64,000 bases of DNA, taken from assembly GCA_029863625.1 (NCBI GenBank), contig JAOTUY010000001.1:82046-146045 (forward strand). Reading direction: 5' to 3'. The position numbers were made by a program, and so were the translations under genes. Of the stretch, positions 48,820 to 57,691 are shown piece by piece. The notes under the pieces are model-generated. The model worked only from the letters and a program-made list of their open reading frames with translations, searched no databases and had not been told where the DNA came from. This stretch comes from Acidimicrobiia bacterium (GTDB taxonomy: Bacteria > Actinomycetota > Acidimicrobiia > Spongiisociales > UBA4744). Position 1 is the first letter of the stretch, and each line of letters begins with the position of its first letter.

Positions 48820-49287
48820 ATGACCCTTGACGATGCCAGGTTCATGGAAGTGATCGACCGGACACCTTTGGTCTCTATTGACCTGGTGGTGGTCGATCCC
48901 GATCAGCATGTGTTGTGCGGATGGCGGGTCAATCAACCCGCCCGGGGATTCTGGTTTGTGCCCGGCGGGAGAATCCTCAAAGGGGAAACGCTTGACGACG
49001 CCTTCAGGAGGATCGCCGGGTCGGAGCTGGGTCACGGTGAATGGAGCCGCTCAGACGGCCGGCTGCTCGGGGTGTTCGAGCATCTGTACGACACAAACTT
49101 TGCCGACGTTCCGGACATCTCCACCCACTACGTGGTCCTGGCCTACCGGCTCGACGTGAAGACCCGCCCGACACCACCCGATGTCCAGCACTCGAAATAC
49201 GCATGGTGGTCAAAATCCGCCGCCGCAACGGATCCGGTCGGGCCGACCATCCACCCCAACACAGCCGCCTACTTCGAGTTCGTCTGA
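48820..49287 (+). CDS. NUDIX hydrolase (variant Nudix box)
   Basis: GFWFVPGGRILKGETLDDAFRRIAGSELG. Confidence 0.6.
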   Translation: MTLDDARFMEVIDRTPLVSIDLVVVDPDQHVLCGWRVNQPARGFWFVPGGRILKGETLDDAFRRIAGSELGHGEWSRSDGRLLGVFEHLYDTNFADVPDISTHYVVLAYRLDVKTRPTPPDVQHSKYAWWSKSAAATDPVGPTIHPNTAAYFEFV

Positions 49288-49530
49288 GGGCCCGCCTTCG
49301 GCGGGTAGATCCCCATGATCGAGGTACCCGCGGTCACACTCTTTCTCCGGCCCGCACCCGACAAACCGACGCTCCATGTGGATGACCCCACCTTCTTCCG
49401 CCAACAGCTTGCCGTCCTGGTCGTAGTCACAGTGCAGACCGTGAGGTACCTCGCCGGTTGGGAACCTTCCCGGGAGGTGAGATCGTCATACTGTTGTGTG
49501 ATGCCGAACGAGCTCACCAAGGAGAAAACG

Positions 49531-50262
49531 ATGCGTAGATTGCTGATACCCCTGGCGGCGATCAGCTTGATTTTGGCCGGCTGCGCGGGGTCAACCAACG
49601 CGGCCGCACAAGTTGTGCCGACGGGAGGAACGCCCATGAGCAACACGATCGCAGTATCCGGCACCGGCGAGGTGACCGGGACCCCCGACACGCTGATCAT
49701 TGATCTTGGCGTGCAGGTGCTGCGACCGTCGGTCGGTGAGGCTACCGGTGAGGCGGCTCGTCTCGCCCAAGCCGTCATCGACGCCCTCAAGACAGAGGGC
49801 GTCGCCGAGAACGACATTCAGACCACCAACTACTCGATCTGGCCTGAGTACGACTACCGCAACGACAATCAAACGTTGCGTGGCTATCGAGTCAGCAATA
49901 CGGTCAGCGCCAAGATTCGGGAACTGGATAAGGCCGGTGAGGTCATTGACGCGGCCACCGCGGCCGGCGGTAACGATGCAGTCGTCAATGGCATCCGGTT
50001 CGACCTCGAAGCCAACGGCGCTCTGATCATCGCGGCCCGGGAGGCAGCGTGGAACGATGCAAAAGCCAAGGCCGAGCAACTGGCAGCTCTGGCCGAGGTT
50101 CGGCTCGGCAAGGCTGTTTCGATCAGCGAGGCATCCAGCCCGACCCAGCCTCCGATCCTCTACGCGGAGGCGGCGGCAGCGTTTGACGGCGCCACGCCGA
50201 TCCAGGCCGGTCAAGCTTCGGTTTCGGTGGTGGTCACCGTCCAGTTCGCCATTGAGGGGTAA
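49531..50262 (+). CDS. SIMPL/DUF541-family periplasmic lipoprotein (YggE-like)
   Basis: MRRLLIPLAAISLILAGC lipobox, AAGGAG Shine-Dalgarno, roughly 240 aa with the SIMPL pattern. Confidence 0.55.
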   Translation: MRRLLIPLAAISLILAGCAGSTNAAAQVVPTGGTPMSNTIAVSGTGEVTGTPDTLIIDLGVQVLRPSVGEATGEAARLAQAVIDALKTEGVAENDIQTTNYSIWPEYDYRNDNQTLRGYRVSNTVSAKIRELDKAGEVIDAATAAGGNDAVVNGIRFDLEANGALIIAAREAAWNDAKAKAEQLAALAEVRLGKAVSISEASSPTQPPILYAEAAAAFDGATPIQAGQASVSVVVTVQFAIEG

Positions 50263-50342
50263 CCAACGGCTATCAGCAGGCTGCCGGGCGAGCTCCGGCA
50301 GCCTGGGCAGGGTGGCCTTGTCCGACCGGTATCCTCGGGGTC

Positions 50343-51137
50343 GTGGGCTATCTGCTGTTGACCAACGACGATGGCGTGGACTCACCGGCGCTGCTTCCGT
50401 TCGCACGCGCCCTTGATGAGATCGCCCCGTTGAAGGTGGTAGTGCCGGCCGAGGAACGCAGCTGGGTCGGCAAAGCCATCACCCGTTTCGACGAAATCAG
50501 GGTTGAGCGGACCGTTCGGGAGGGGATTGAGGTCTTCGTTGCCGATGGATACCCGGCTGATTGCACCCAGTTGGGGGTCCACTCGCTGTTCGGCGCAAAA
50601 CCGGACATGGTGCTTTCCGGTATCAACATTGGACTGAACCAGGGGCTCGGCTTCCTACTCTCGAGCGGCACCGTGGGAGCAGCTGCGGAAGGATGGATTG
50701 CCGGGCTCCCTGCCGTCGCATTCTCAACCGGCTCGTCGTTTGATCACCGGGGGTGGGCAAAAGAGGCCTGGTCCGATTCGTCCCGTGTCTTTTGGGAGGC
50801 CACAGCAACTCTGGCCGTCGATGTGCTGGCCGACATCTTGCGGGTCGGGTACCCGGACGGGGTTGATGTTTTCTCGGTCAACTTCCCCGAAAACGCGAGC
50901 TTCGACTCCTCGCGGCGGATCACCAGTCTGGCCAAGGTTGGATACGACAACATCTTTCGCGAACATGAGCCGGGACGGTATATCCATGACTTCAACACCG
51001 GCCTGCGGATGACCGGAGATCTGGCCGGATCCGATGTTGAGCTCTTGCGATCAGGAGTTGTGACCATCACCCCGATCCAGTTGGCCCACACGGGGACGGT
51101 TCCCGACACTTTCCGAGCTGCGGTCGAGCGCGGATAG
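50343..51137 (+). CDS. surE: 5'/3'-nucleotidase SurE
   Basis: LLLTNDDGVDSPAL, SGINIGLN. Confidence 0.85.
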   Translation: MGYLLLTNDDGVDSPALLPFARALDEIAPLKVVVPAEERSWVGKAITRFDEIRVERTVREGIEVFVADGYPADCTQLGVHSLFGAKPDMVLSGINIGLNQGLGFLLSSGTVGAAAEGWIAGLPAVAFSTGSSFDHRGWAKEAWSDSSRVFWEATATLAVDVLADILRVGYPDGVDVFSVNFPENASFDSSRRITSLAKVGYDNIFREHEPGRYIHDFNTGLRMTGDLAGSDVELLRSGVVTITPIQLAHTGTVPDTFRAAVERG

Positions 51138-51285
51138 AGGCACGGGTTTGACACAGCTTCTTCGCCGGACCGCACGCCGGTGCGCCGATCCGGGCCTGCC
51201 GAGGCTATTGCTGCCCTCTCGCAGCGGGTTTGGGCGGCTCCGTTGGTGAGGCGGTGGTGGGCACGACATCGGCAATGGCTCTAGC

Positions 51286-52167
51286 GTGGTGGCCATGTTG
51301 GTGGCCGCCCAATCATCGTTGACCTCGAGCGCTGTTGGTTGGCCGGTGGTGTTTGCTTCGCTGTCTCTGGTAATCCTTGCTCTGGCGCTGGCGTTGGTGC
51401 TGGGTCTGCGCATCGAACGTGAGGTGATCGTCGCCACGCTACGGGCCGCAACGCAGCTTCTGGCAGTTGGCTTCGTGTTTGCCCTCATCTTCAATTCGAC
51501 CGCCGCTCAATACTGGGCCTGGTTCTGGGTTGGTGGCATGGTCGTCGTCGCAACGGCGGTAGTAATCCGACGAGCGAAATACCGGATCGACCACCTCGCT
51601 CTGGTCGCGGGAAGTGCGGTGCTGGGATCGGCGTTGATCAGTATCGCCGTTACCTTCGGGTTCGGGGTGATCGACTATGGCCCCGTTTCACTGGTGGTCA
51701 TCGCTGGGATCACCATCGGCAACGCGGTGCCGTCGGCCGTTCTGGGCGTCAACCTGTCGGTCGATTCGTGCCGGGACCGGATCGGCGACCTCGAAGCACT
51801 CTTATCCCTCGGCCTGGATCGGCAACAAGTCGTGCGATATCTGGCACCGCGCAACGCCAGGATGTCGCTGATACCCCAAATCGAACGTACCAAGGTTGTC
51901 GGCCTGATCGCCTTGCCGGGAGCGATGACCGGCCTTCTCCTCGCCGGAGTTGACCCGGTTGAGGCTGTGGTGATCCAGCTCTTGGTGATGTACCTCGTAT
52001 TGGGAACCGCCGCCGTGTGTGTGGTCGCAGTCGTCACCGCCATCACCCGGGCGGCGGTGACGAGCGATCTCCTTATCGCCGAATGGGTCTACCCGGAGAC
52101 ACCCGTTCCACCGGTAGGAAGAGAATCAGGAAAGGAGAAACGGGCTACGAGAGGGATGGCTCGATGA
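51286..52167 (+). CDS. UPF0014 (FetB/YbbM-like) putative ABC-type permease, no partner ATPase nearby
   Basis: Roughly 7 TM, 293 aa. Family assignment from memory of the FetB pattern. Confidence 0.5.
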   Translation: MVAMLVAAQSSLTSSAVGWPVVFASLSLVILALALALVLGLRIEREVIVATLRAATQLLAVGFVFALIFNSTAAQYWAWFWVGGMVVVATAVVIRRAKYRIDHLALVAGSAVLGSALISIAVTFGFGVIDYGPVSLVVIAGITIGNAVPSAVLGVNLSVDSCRDRIGDLEALLSLGLDRQQVVRYLAPRNARMSLIPQIERTKVVGLIALPGAMTGLLLAGVDPVEAVVIQLLVMYLVLGTAAVCVVAVVTAITRAAVTSDLLIAEWVYPETPVPPVGRESGKEKRATRGMAR

Positions 52168-52266
52168 AGCGCCGATTGGGACGTTAGAGGGTCAACGGCG
52201 TTCCCGACCGCAGCGAGGCCTCGCGCAAGATCCGAGAACTGAGAACCAAGAACTGAGAACGCTCTT

Positions 52267-52830
52267 TCACACAAAGTCCTGACGCACGCGGCTCGGAGTT
52301 GGTCCGCGCTGGCCCTGGTATTTACTCCCGGCCTCATCACTCCCGTATGGGTGGTCGGCCGGCGTCGTGAGCTGATAGAAAGAGATCTGACCGATCTTCA
52401 TCCCCGGGTAGATAGCGATCGGCAGGTTGGCAACATTCGACAGCTCCAGGGTCAAGTACCCGTCGAAACCAGGATCGACGAAACCGGCGGTCGAGTGGAT
52501 CAGAAGGCCGATGCGGCCCAGGCTGGATTTTCCCTCCAAGCGGGCGACGACGTCCTCGCCGAGTTGCACTCGTTCGAGCGTTGATCCGAGTACAAACTCG
52601 CCGGGATGCAGGATGAAGGGGTCTTCTTCGCCGACCTCGACCAAGGTCGTCAAGTCTTCCTGCGACGCCTTCGGATCGATGTAGGGATAAAGGTGGTTTT
52701 CAAACACCCGAAAGAAGCGATCGACCCGCAAGTCGATGCTGGACGGCTGAACAAACGATACGTCGTAGGGATCGATGACGATACGACCGGCTGCGATCGC
52801 TTCTTTGATGGTCCGGTCGGACAGGATCAT
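52267..52830 (-). CDS. dcd: dCTP deaminase
   Basis: [34 protein letters not shown]. Confidence 0.85.
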   Translation of the reverse strand: MILSDRTIKEAIAAGRIVIDPYDVSFVQPSSIDLRVDRFFRVFENHLYPYIDPKASQEDLTTLVEVGEEDPFILHPGEFVLGSTLERVQLGEDVVARLEGKSSLGRIGLLIHSTAGFVDPGFDGYLTLELSNVANLPIAIYPGMKIGQISFYQLTTPADHPYGSDEAGSKYQGQRGPTPSRVRQDFV

Positions 52831-52914
52831 GATGGTCCCCGTTGGTCACGCTGATGGTAGATCGCACCGAGCCGGGGTGGGGCGGGCAGGGCAACCCCGG
52901 AAGGTTGCCGGAAG

Positions 52915-52985
52915 AGCGGGTGAGGGGAATTGAACCCCCGTTCCAAGCTTGGGAAGCTCGTGTTCTACCACTGAACTACACCCGC
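52915..52985 (-). tRNA. tRNA-Gly (anticodon CCC)
   Basis: The reverse complement folds as a cloverleaf: acceptor GCGGGTG/CACCCGC, D-arm GTTC-AGTGGTA-GAAC, anticodon stem/loop CGAGC-TTCCCAA-GCTTG, T-arm GGGGG-TTCAATT-CCCCT. CCA is not encoded. Confidence 0.85.
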
Positions 52986-53046
52986 AGGATTGGCATTCTA
53001 CCTGGCCTTTCGTGCGTTCACCGCTTGTCACTGTCTTGCATCGGTT

Positions 53047-53454
53047 TCAAACAAACCGGGTCCTGCGCGCGCCCTGGCAAATGCGATCAATGTCGCGGCC
53101 CGATCGACGAGACATACCCCCTGCGCAATATCGGCATGAGTCCCGACGCGCAGCTCCGGCGGGGCAGACCCGACGGGCCGGAACGTCGCGTACGACTTCG
53201 GGATACCTATTGGCAGGGTTTCGGTGAACAGGGCCGCTACTTGCCGGCCAGTCCGCCACCTGCACCAGGCCCTCAACTCGAGATCCATTCGGAGCGGTGA
53301 ACAGCACCGGGACCGTTCTTTTACTCCGAGGGGTGAGCTTGTTGCGGAGACCGGTGACATGCGGCATGGTGAGACGGCTGGCGTCGCCGCCGTAGCTGCG
53401 GGGATCCGGGATGTTCAGCTCGACGTCGTTGAGGTCGTCGATGTCTGGGTACAC
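53047..53454 (-). CDS. Hypothetical small protein (GTG start)
   Basis: 135-aa ORF 15 nt after the P450-fusion stop. Strong GC3 bias in the first roughly 40 codons, weaker afterwards. No recognisable motif. Confidence 0.3.
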   Translation of the reverse strand: MYPDIDDLNDVELNIPDPRSYGGDASRLTMPHVTGLRNKLTPRSKRTVPVLFTAPNGSRVEGLVQVADWPASSGPVHRNPANRYPEVVRDVPARRVCPAGAARRDSCRYCAGGMSRRSGRDIDRICQGARRTRFV

Positions 53455-53469
53455 GTCGCCGGCGCCGTC

Positions 53470-55614
53470 CTACGCGGTGCCGACTGCTCGCCTGCTCACG
53501 ACCACCGGTAGGTGGGTCGGGCCGGTCAGCCGGTCGGATTCGAGCATCGAGATCCGTTCCGGGTCGACTTGAAGCTCCATCTCGTGGAGCCGGGGCCTGA
53601 TCGCCGCCAGCGCTGCTTGGGCCTCCAACAACGCCAGGCGCGCCCCGGGGCACCGATGCGGCCCGGCACCGAACGCCAGGTTCGACACGAGATCTGCCAG
53701 GCGCGTGCTCTCGGCATCCGGAGTTTCGGCGCCGTTTGCTGCGGCGAGGTTCGCAGCAACCACGGTGCGCGCGGCGAGCGATCGCTCACCAATCGCCGTC
53801 TCCTGGGTCACCAGCCGGTACACCCGGGCGACAGGTGGCCGGGTCCATAACACCTGTCCAAGGAGCGCTTGGTCCGATAGGCGCGCCCTGGGCGGCACGC
53901 CGGCGGCGAACAACGCGACTAGGGCATTGCCGATCAGGTGCGTCGTCGTTTCGTTGCCGGCCACTAGGAGCAAGCGGGCCACGCTGACCGCCTCCTCTGC
54001 GGCCAGGGCCTGGAGACCGTGCAGGATGGAGCTGATGAGATCCGCTCCGGGCGCCCGCTGCAGCCGGTCGACCAGGGCGACCAGCGCTTCTTCGAGTTCC
54101 GCGAGGTCACTCTCCGAATCGATCGAGTCACCTCCCTGCCTAACCCCGGTGCCGGCCAACACCACGGCGTCGGACCATCGGCCAAGGTCTGCAAGAGGCA
54201 CGCCGTCCAATCCGAGGAGCCATCCCATCGTGGCCACTGGGAGAGGTTTGGCGAAGTCGCCGACGAGATCACCGGTCCCTCTGGTGAAGATCTGTCCAAC
54301 GAGACGGGCGGCGAGTGATCGAACTTCGGGCTCGAGCGCAGCGACCCGGCTGTCCGACAGGGCCTGCGTCAGCGCCCGGCGCGTGCGTGTGTGCGCCGGC
54401 GGGTCGGCTCCCAGCAGAACGGGATCCGCCGCGGCCATAATGGAAGAGGAGAACGACTCCGGGTCGCGCAGCACTGTGATCACGTTGTCGCGGCCGGTGA
54501 TCTCGACAGGACTCGCCGGCGCTTTGTCGGCGGGTCGCCGGGAGGTGGTTGCGGATCGGATTGGGGTCACCTCGAGCGGCGGTGCCGGATCCGACGGGGA
54601 GACTTCGAGCCTCGTTTGTATCGCCCTCAAGGAGCTGAGCACAGTGGCGGCCGTGTAGTTCCGGTTCTGATCGAAGATGATCGATCCGGCGCCCCTTCCG
54701 GACGCTACCCATCCGTCATGGTGTTGCGGATCGACGACGTTGGGCGGCGGGATTCGTAGCGACGCCGACGCCGCCCACGCTCCATCCGCGGCTTGGGTGG
54801 CGAGGAGCCAGCCGGCTGCGCGCTCCAGTCGGTCCAACACACTGTCGGGGCCCCAGCGGGCCATGGTCTCCGCGGCACAGGCCGTGGCGAAGGATGACCC
54901 GCTGGGGTGCCAACGCGTCGCAACGGCCCCGACCACATCGACGCGTGAGCACATGGCGAGGGCCGCTCGCTGGAGTCGCTCCAGGTTGTCCGGTGCTGCG
55001 GCGCGCCCCAGCATGCGGCCCGCCAGCATGGTGGGGTACTCATCGTCGGCCCACCAGTATCCGGTCCAGGACCCGTCGGCGTTTTGCACCGATCTGAGGT
55101 ATTCGACGGCGCGCTGATGACCCGCATACTCGGGGATATCGGCGGCAGCCGTCACGCACACGTGATCGCCGCACCACCCCGCGAACGAGATGGAGCCCGA
55201 AAGCTTCGTGAATGCCCCGATCCTCCCGGCGGATCGGAACGTGGCGACCGCCCCCGACGGACGAGCGTGCCGGGCTACCAAGTCCAGCGCCCGGCTCGCC
55301 CGTCGGCCGCCGAGGTTGCCCATCCGTTCCGCCAGCTGCAGCGCCCACAATGTGGAGTCCGCGTCCGTTGGCACCCTCCGGTTGTAACCCCAGCCACGCT
55401 CCCAGCGCCGGCGACGCCGCAGCAGCCGCCATGCATGGCGCGCCGCCTCACGAGCCCGTTGCTCGGGCTCACCCGCGATCGCGACGGCGACATAGGCCGT
55501 CACCCACTCGTCGCTCGCTCCGGCCAGGGTGTCGAAGTCGCGCCACCAGCCTCGGCGGTCCCGACCGGTCAGCAGGAACTCGGTTGCCCGGTCGCGACCA
55601 GCCTGGATCTCCAT
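53470..55614 (-). CDS. Fusion protein: N-terminal class-II terpene-cyclase-like (squalene-hopene-cyclase repeat) domain plus C-terminal cytochrome P450
   Basis: N-domain: FLLTGRDRRGWW, DEWVTAYVAVAIAG, VPTDADSTLWALQLA (DxDD to DADS), QNADGSWTGYWW, QAADGAWAAS (QW motifs). C-domain: I-helix LVAGNETTTHLIGNA, heme loop FGAGPHRCPGARLA. ATG at 55614. Track residues 1-162 are an Arg-rich artefact overlapping the next gene. Confidence 0.75.
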   Translation of the reverse strand: MEIQAGRDRATEFLLTGRDRRGWWRDFDTLAGASDEWVTAYVAVAIAGEPEQRAREAARHAWRLLRRRRRWERGWGYNRRVPTDADSTLWALQLAERMGNLGGRRASRALDLVARHARPSGAVATFRSAGRIGAFTKLSGSISFAGWCGDHVCVTAAADIPEYAGHQRAVEYLRSVQNADGSWTGYWWADDEYPTMLAGRMLGRAAAPDNLERLQRAALAMCSRVDVVGAVATRWHPSGSSFATACAAETMARWGPDSVLDRLERAAGWLLATQAADGAWAASASLRIPPPNVVDPQHHDGWVASGRGAGSIIFDQNRNYTAATVLSSLRAIQTRLEVSPSDPAPPLEVTPIRSATTSRRPADKAPASPVEITGRDNVITVLRDPESFSSSIMAAADPVLLGADPPAHTRTRRALTQALSDSRVAALEPEVRSLAARLVGQIFTRGTGDLVGDFAKPLPVATMGWLLGLDGVPLADLGRWSDAVVLAGTGVRQGGDSIDSESDLAELEEALVALVDRLQRAPGADLISSILHGLQALAAEEAVSVARLLLVAGNETTTHLIGNALVALFAAGVPPRARLSDQALLGQVLWTRPPVARVYRLVTQETAIGERSLAARTVVAANLAAANGAETPDAESTRLADLVSNLAFGAGPHRCPGARLALLEAQAALAAIRPRLHEMELQVDPERISMLESDRLTGPTHLPVVVSRRAVGTA

Positions 55615-55622
55615 CTGAGAGG

Positions 55623-56252
55623 TCAGCAGGATGCGGTGATGTACGTCGCGTTGGGGGCCAGCACTTGTGCGCCGGCGTTGGCAGTGGGGCCGCTGCTCCA
55701 GCTTCCGCCGCTGAGCACCTTCACCGACACCTGCCCGGTCGACGGATTCCACACGACGAACTCGCCGGCCCTCAGTCCGCCCCCGATGGCCGATGTTTCG
55801 CCGCAGAAGGCGTTCACCGTCGCTCCGCCGGGGTTGATCGTGCCTCGGCCGACGTAGAAGCGGTTCTCCAGCGCCCACGAGTCGAGCTCGCCGCCGCCGC
55901 ACGAGTGGACGATCTCGTGAAAGACCGTCACGTCCGTGTCCGCTTGCACATTGGGTGGTAACGCCAGCGCACACATGTTGATGCTGTCCCCGTCCCGCGG
56001 TGCGGTGCCGAAGATGCCCGCCCGGCAGCTGCCTCCGAGACAGTCCACGTTCACCGACGCAATCGTCTTGCCGGCGAGCCGGTTCGCCAGGGTGGCGCAC
56101 TCGCCGCCCAACGCAGCCACCTGGGCCCGAATCGTGTTTTGCATGAAGTTGAAAGCGGAGGTGATCGCGTTGCGGTCGTTGAGATTGCAGTTCGGTACCT
56201 CCGTACCGCCTCCGGACCAGCTGCCGCCCTCGGTGTGTGTTACGAACGGCAT
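55623..56252 (-). CDS. Cys-rich HExxH zinc-metallopeptidase-like protein
   Basis: VTVFHEIVHSCGGGE (HExxHxxGxxE). About 10 Cys, no signal peptide. ATG at 56252 lies 7 nt after the upstream stop, with GAGG. Confidence 0.55.
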   Translation of the reverse strand: MPFVTHTEGGSWSGGGTEVPNCNLNDRNAITSAFNFMQNTIRAQVAALGGECATLANRLAGKTIASVNVDCLGGSCRAGIFGTAPRDGDSINMCALALPPNVQADTDVTVFHEIVHSCGGGELDSWALENRFYVGRGTINPGGATVNAFCGETSAIGGGLRAGEFVVWNPSTGQVSVKVLSGGSWSSGPTANAGAQVLAPNATYITASC

Positions 56253-56259
56253 GGAAGCC

Positions 56260-56721
56260 TCAGGACTCGAACTGCCACAGCACAAGCACGCCGCGGCTCA
56301 GTGGAAGGGGTACCTTCGAACCCTCGCTCGCGGCGCGGTACGAGCCGACCTGGGCCCGGCGGGCGTACATCGCCGCATCGGCGGGCTCGAGTGCGATCTC
56401 CCATCGAACCACGCCACCATCCGGAAGCTCTTGCGCACTCTGCAGCTTGATGGGCTCCTCGAGGTTCTGACCCTCGAACGGCGACTCGCCCTCCATCTCG
56501 ATGGGCTCGCCGTCACGCTCGTAGAGCTGCAATTTCCACGCCGCCACCTTCTTCTCCTCCATGAAGTGCACCTCGATGGAGGCTTTGCGTCCGTTGGCAT
56601 CGACGAGCTGGCCGGACCAGACGCTACGTTCTTGGGCCACGCGCGCTCCTTTCGCTGAGCGGCTCGGCGATGCCGGGCGTAGCCGGGACACCGCAGCCGG
56701 GTGGTCGTAGGCCGAAAGCAT
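56260..56721 (-). CDS. Hypothetical 153-aa acidic protein
   Basis: ORF between the acyltransferase and the HExxH gene. No known motif. Confidence 0.45.
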   Translation of the reverse strand: MLSAYDHPAAVSRLRPASPSRSAKGARVAQERSVWSGQLVDANGRKASIEVHFMEEKKVAAWKLQLYERDGEPIEMEGESPFEGQNLEEPIKLQSAQELPDGGVVRWEIALEPADAAMYARRAQVGSYRAASEGSKVPLPLSRGVLVLWQFES

Positions 56722-56731
56722 ACACTCGGGC

Positions 56732-57691
56732 TCACGCCTTGTAGGCGATTCTTTCGATGGCCTCGAGCACCGAGGACGAGTCGTCGTGGGCGCTCATCGT
56801 CGGCAGGACTGCGGCCCCGCCGGCAGCTTCAGTCACTGCGGTGGACAAGATGGGGTGAGGGCCGACTTCGACGAAGGTTCGTATGCCGGCGCGCGCCATG
56901 GAGCGGACAGCGGATACAAAGAGTGCCGGTTCGGACATGACGCGCCACCAGTAGTCGATTGTCAGGCGAGACCCATCGATGGCAGCGCCCTTGAGCGAGG
57001 AGTAGAAGGGCGCCGGTGCCGAGCGGGGCCGGATCGACGAGGCGGCGGCACGGAACGGCTCGCGCAGCGGCTCCATCTCGGCGCAGTGGAAGGCATACCG
57101 CAGCGTCTGCCGGCGCGTCCCGAGGCCCCGGGCGGCCACCACTGCCAGCGCCGAGTCGACGGCGCCCTCTTCGCCGGTGATCACGGTTGCCGTCGGGCTG
57201 AGCTCGACGGCGATCCAGACGTCGTCTCGTCCGTCGATGGTTTCCCGTACCGCCTCGGCTGATGCCAGCACCAGGGCCATTTGTCCGGACCGTAGCGGGC
57301 GTCGGATGGCCTCCGCTTCGGCGCCGGCAACGGCGATGGCGTCCTCCAGGCTCAATGAGCCGATGGACCACGCCGCGGCGAGTTCCCCCATGCTGAGACC
57401 CACCACCGCGTCCGGCGCCACCCCGGCATCGGCTAGCATCGCCGCTAACCCGATTTGAACGGCCGTGAGCACGGGCTGCACCCGATCCGGCTCTGCGTCG
57501 GAACCTCCCAGCCGCGACACCTTCTCGAGAATCGACCAGCCGAACTGATGTCGGCAGGCGGCATCGCAATCGGCCATCGCTTTGGCGAAGGCGGCATTGT
57601 CTAGTAGCAGTCCGTCGGCCATCCCGGGCCACTCCCCGCCCTGGGAGGAGAACACGAAGGCCACGGCGCCGGTCGTGAATAGGTCGTTCAC
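56732..57691 (-). CDS. Stand-alone acyltransferase (malonyl-CoA:ACP transacylase / PKS-AT fold) with a GLSMG active site
   Basis: AFVFSSQGGEWPGM (compare FVFPGQGSQ), GLSMGELAAAW (GHSxG variant), AFHCAEM. GTG at 57691 overlaps the upstream stop as GTGA. 320 aa, which matches FabD length. Confidence 0.7.
   Translation of the reverse strand: MNDLFTTGAVAFVFSSQGGEWPGMADGLLLDNAAFAKAMADCDAACRHQFGWSILEKVSRLGGSDAEPDRVQPVLTAVQIGLAAMLADAGVAPDAVVGLSMGELAAAWSIGSLSLEDAIAVAGAEAEAIRRPLRSGQMALVLASAEAVRETIDGRDDVWIAVELSPTATVITGEEGAVDSALAVVAARGLGTRRQTLRYAFHCAEMEPLREPFRAAASSIRPRSAPAPFYSSLKGAAIDGSRLTIDYWWRVMSEPALFVSAVRSMARAGIRTFVEVGPHPILSTAVTEAAGGAAVLPTMSAHDDSSSVLEAIERIAYKA

Noticed and set aside
52842-53300. 152-aa plus ORF
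   Set aside because: Runs through the tRNA-Gly gene. Compositional artefact.
55615-56100. N-terminal 162 residues of the 876-aa track ORF
   Set aside because: Arg-rich high-GC artefact. It overlaps the HExxH gene in another frame. The cyclase domain begins at M163.
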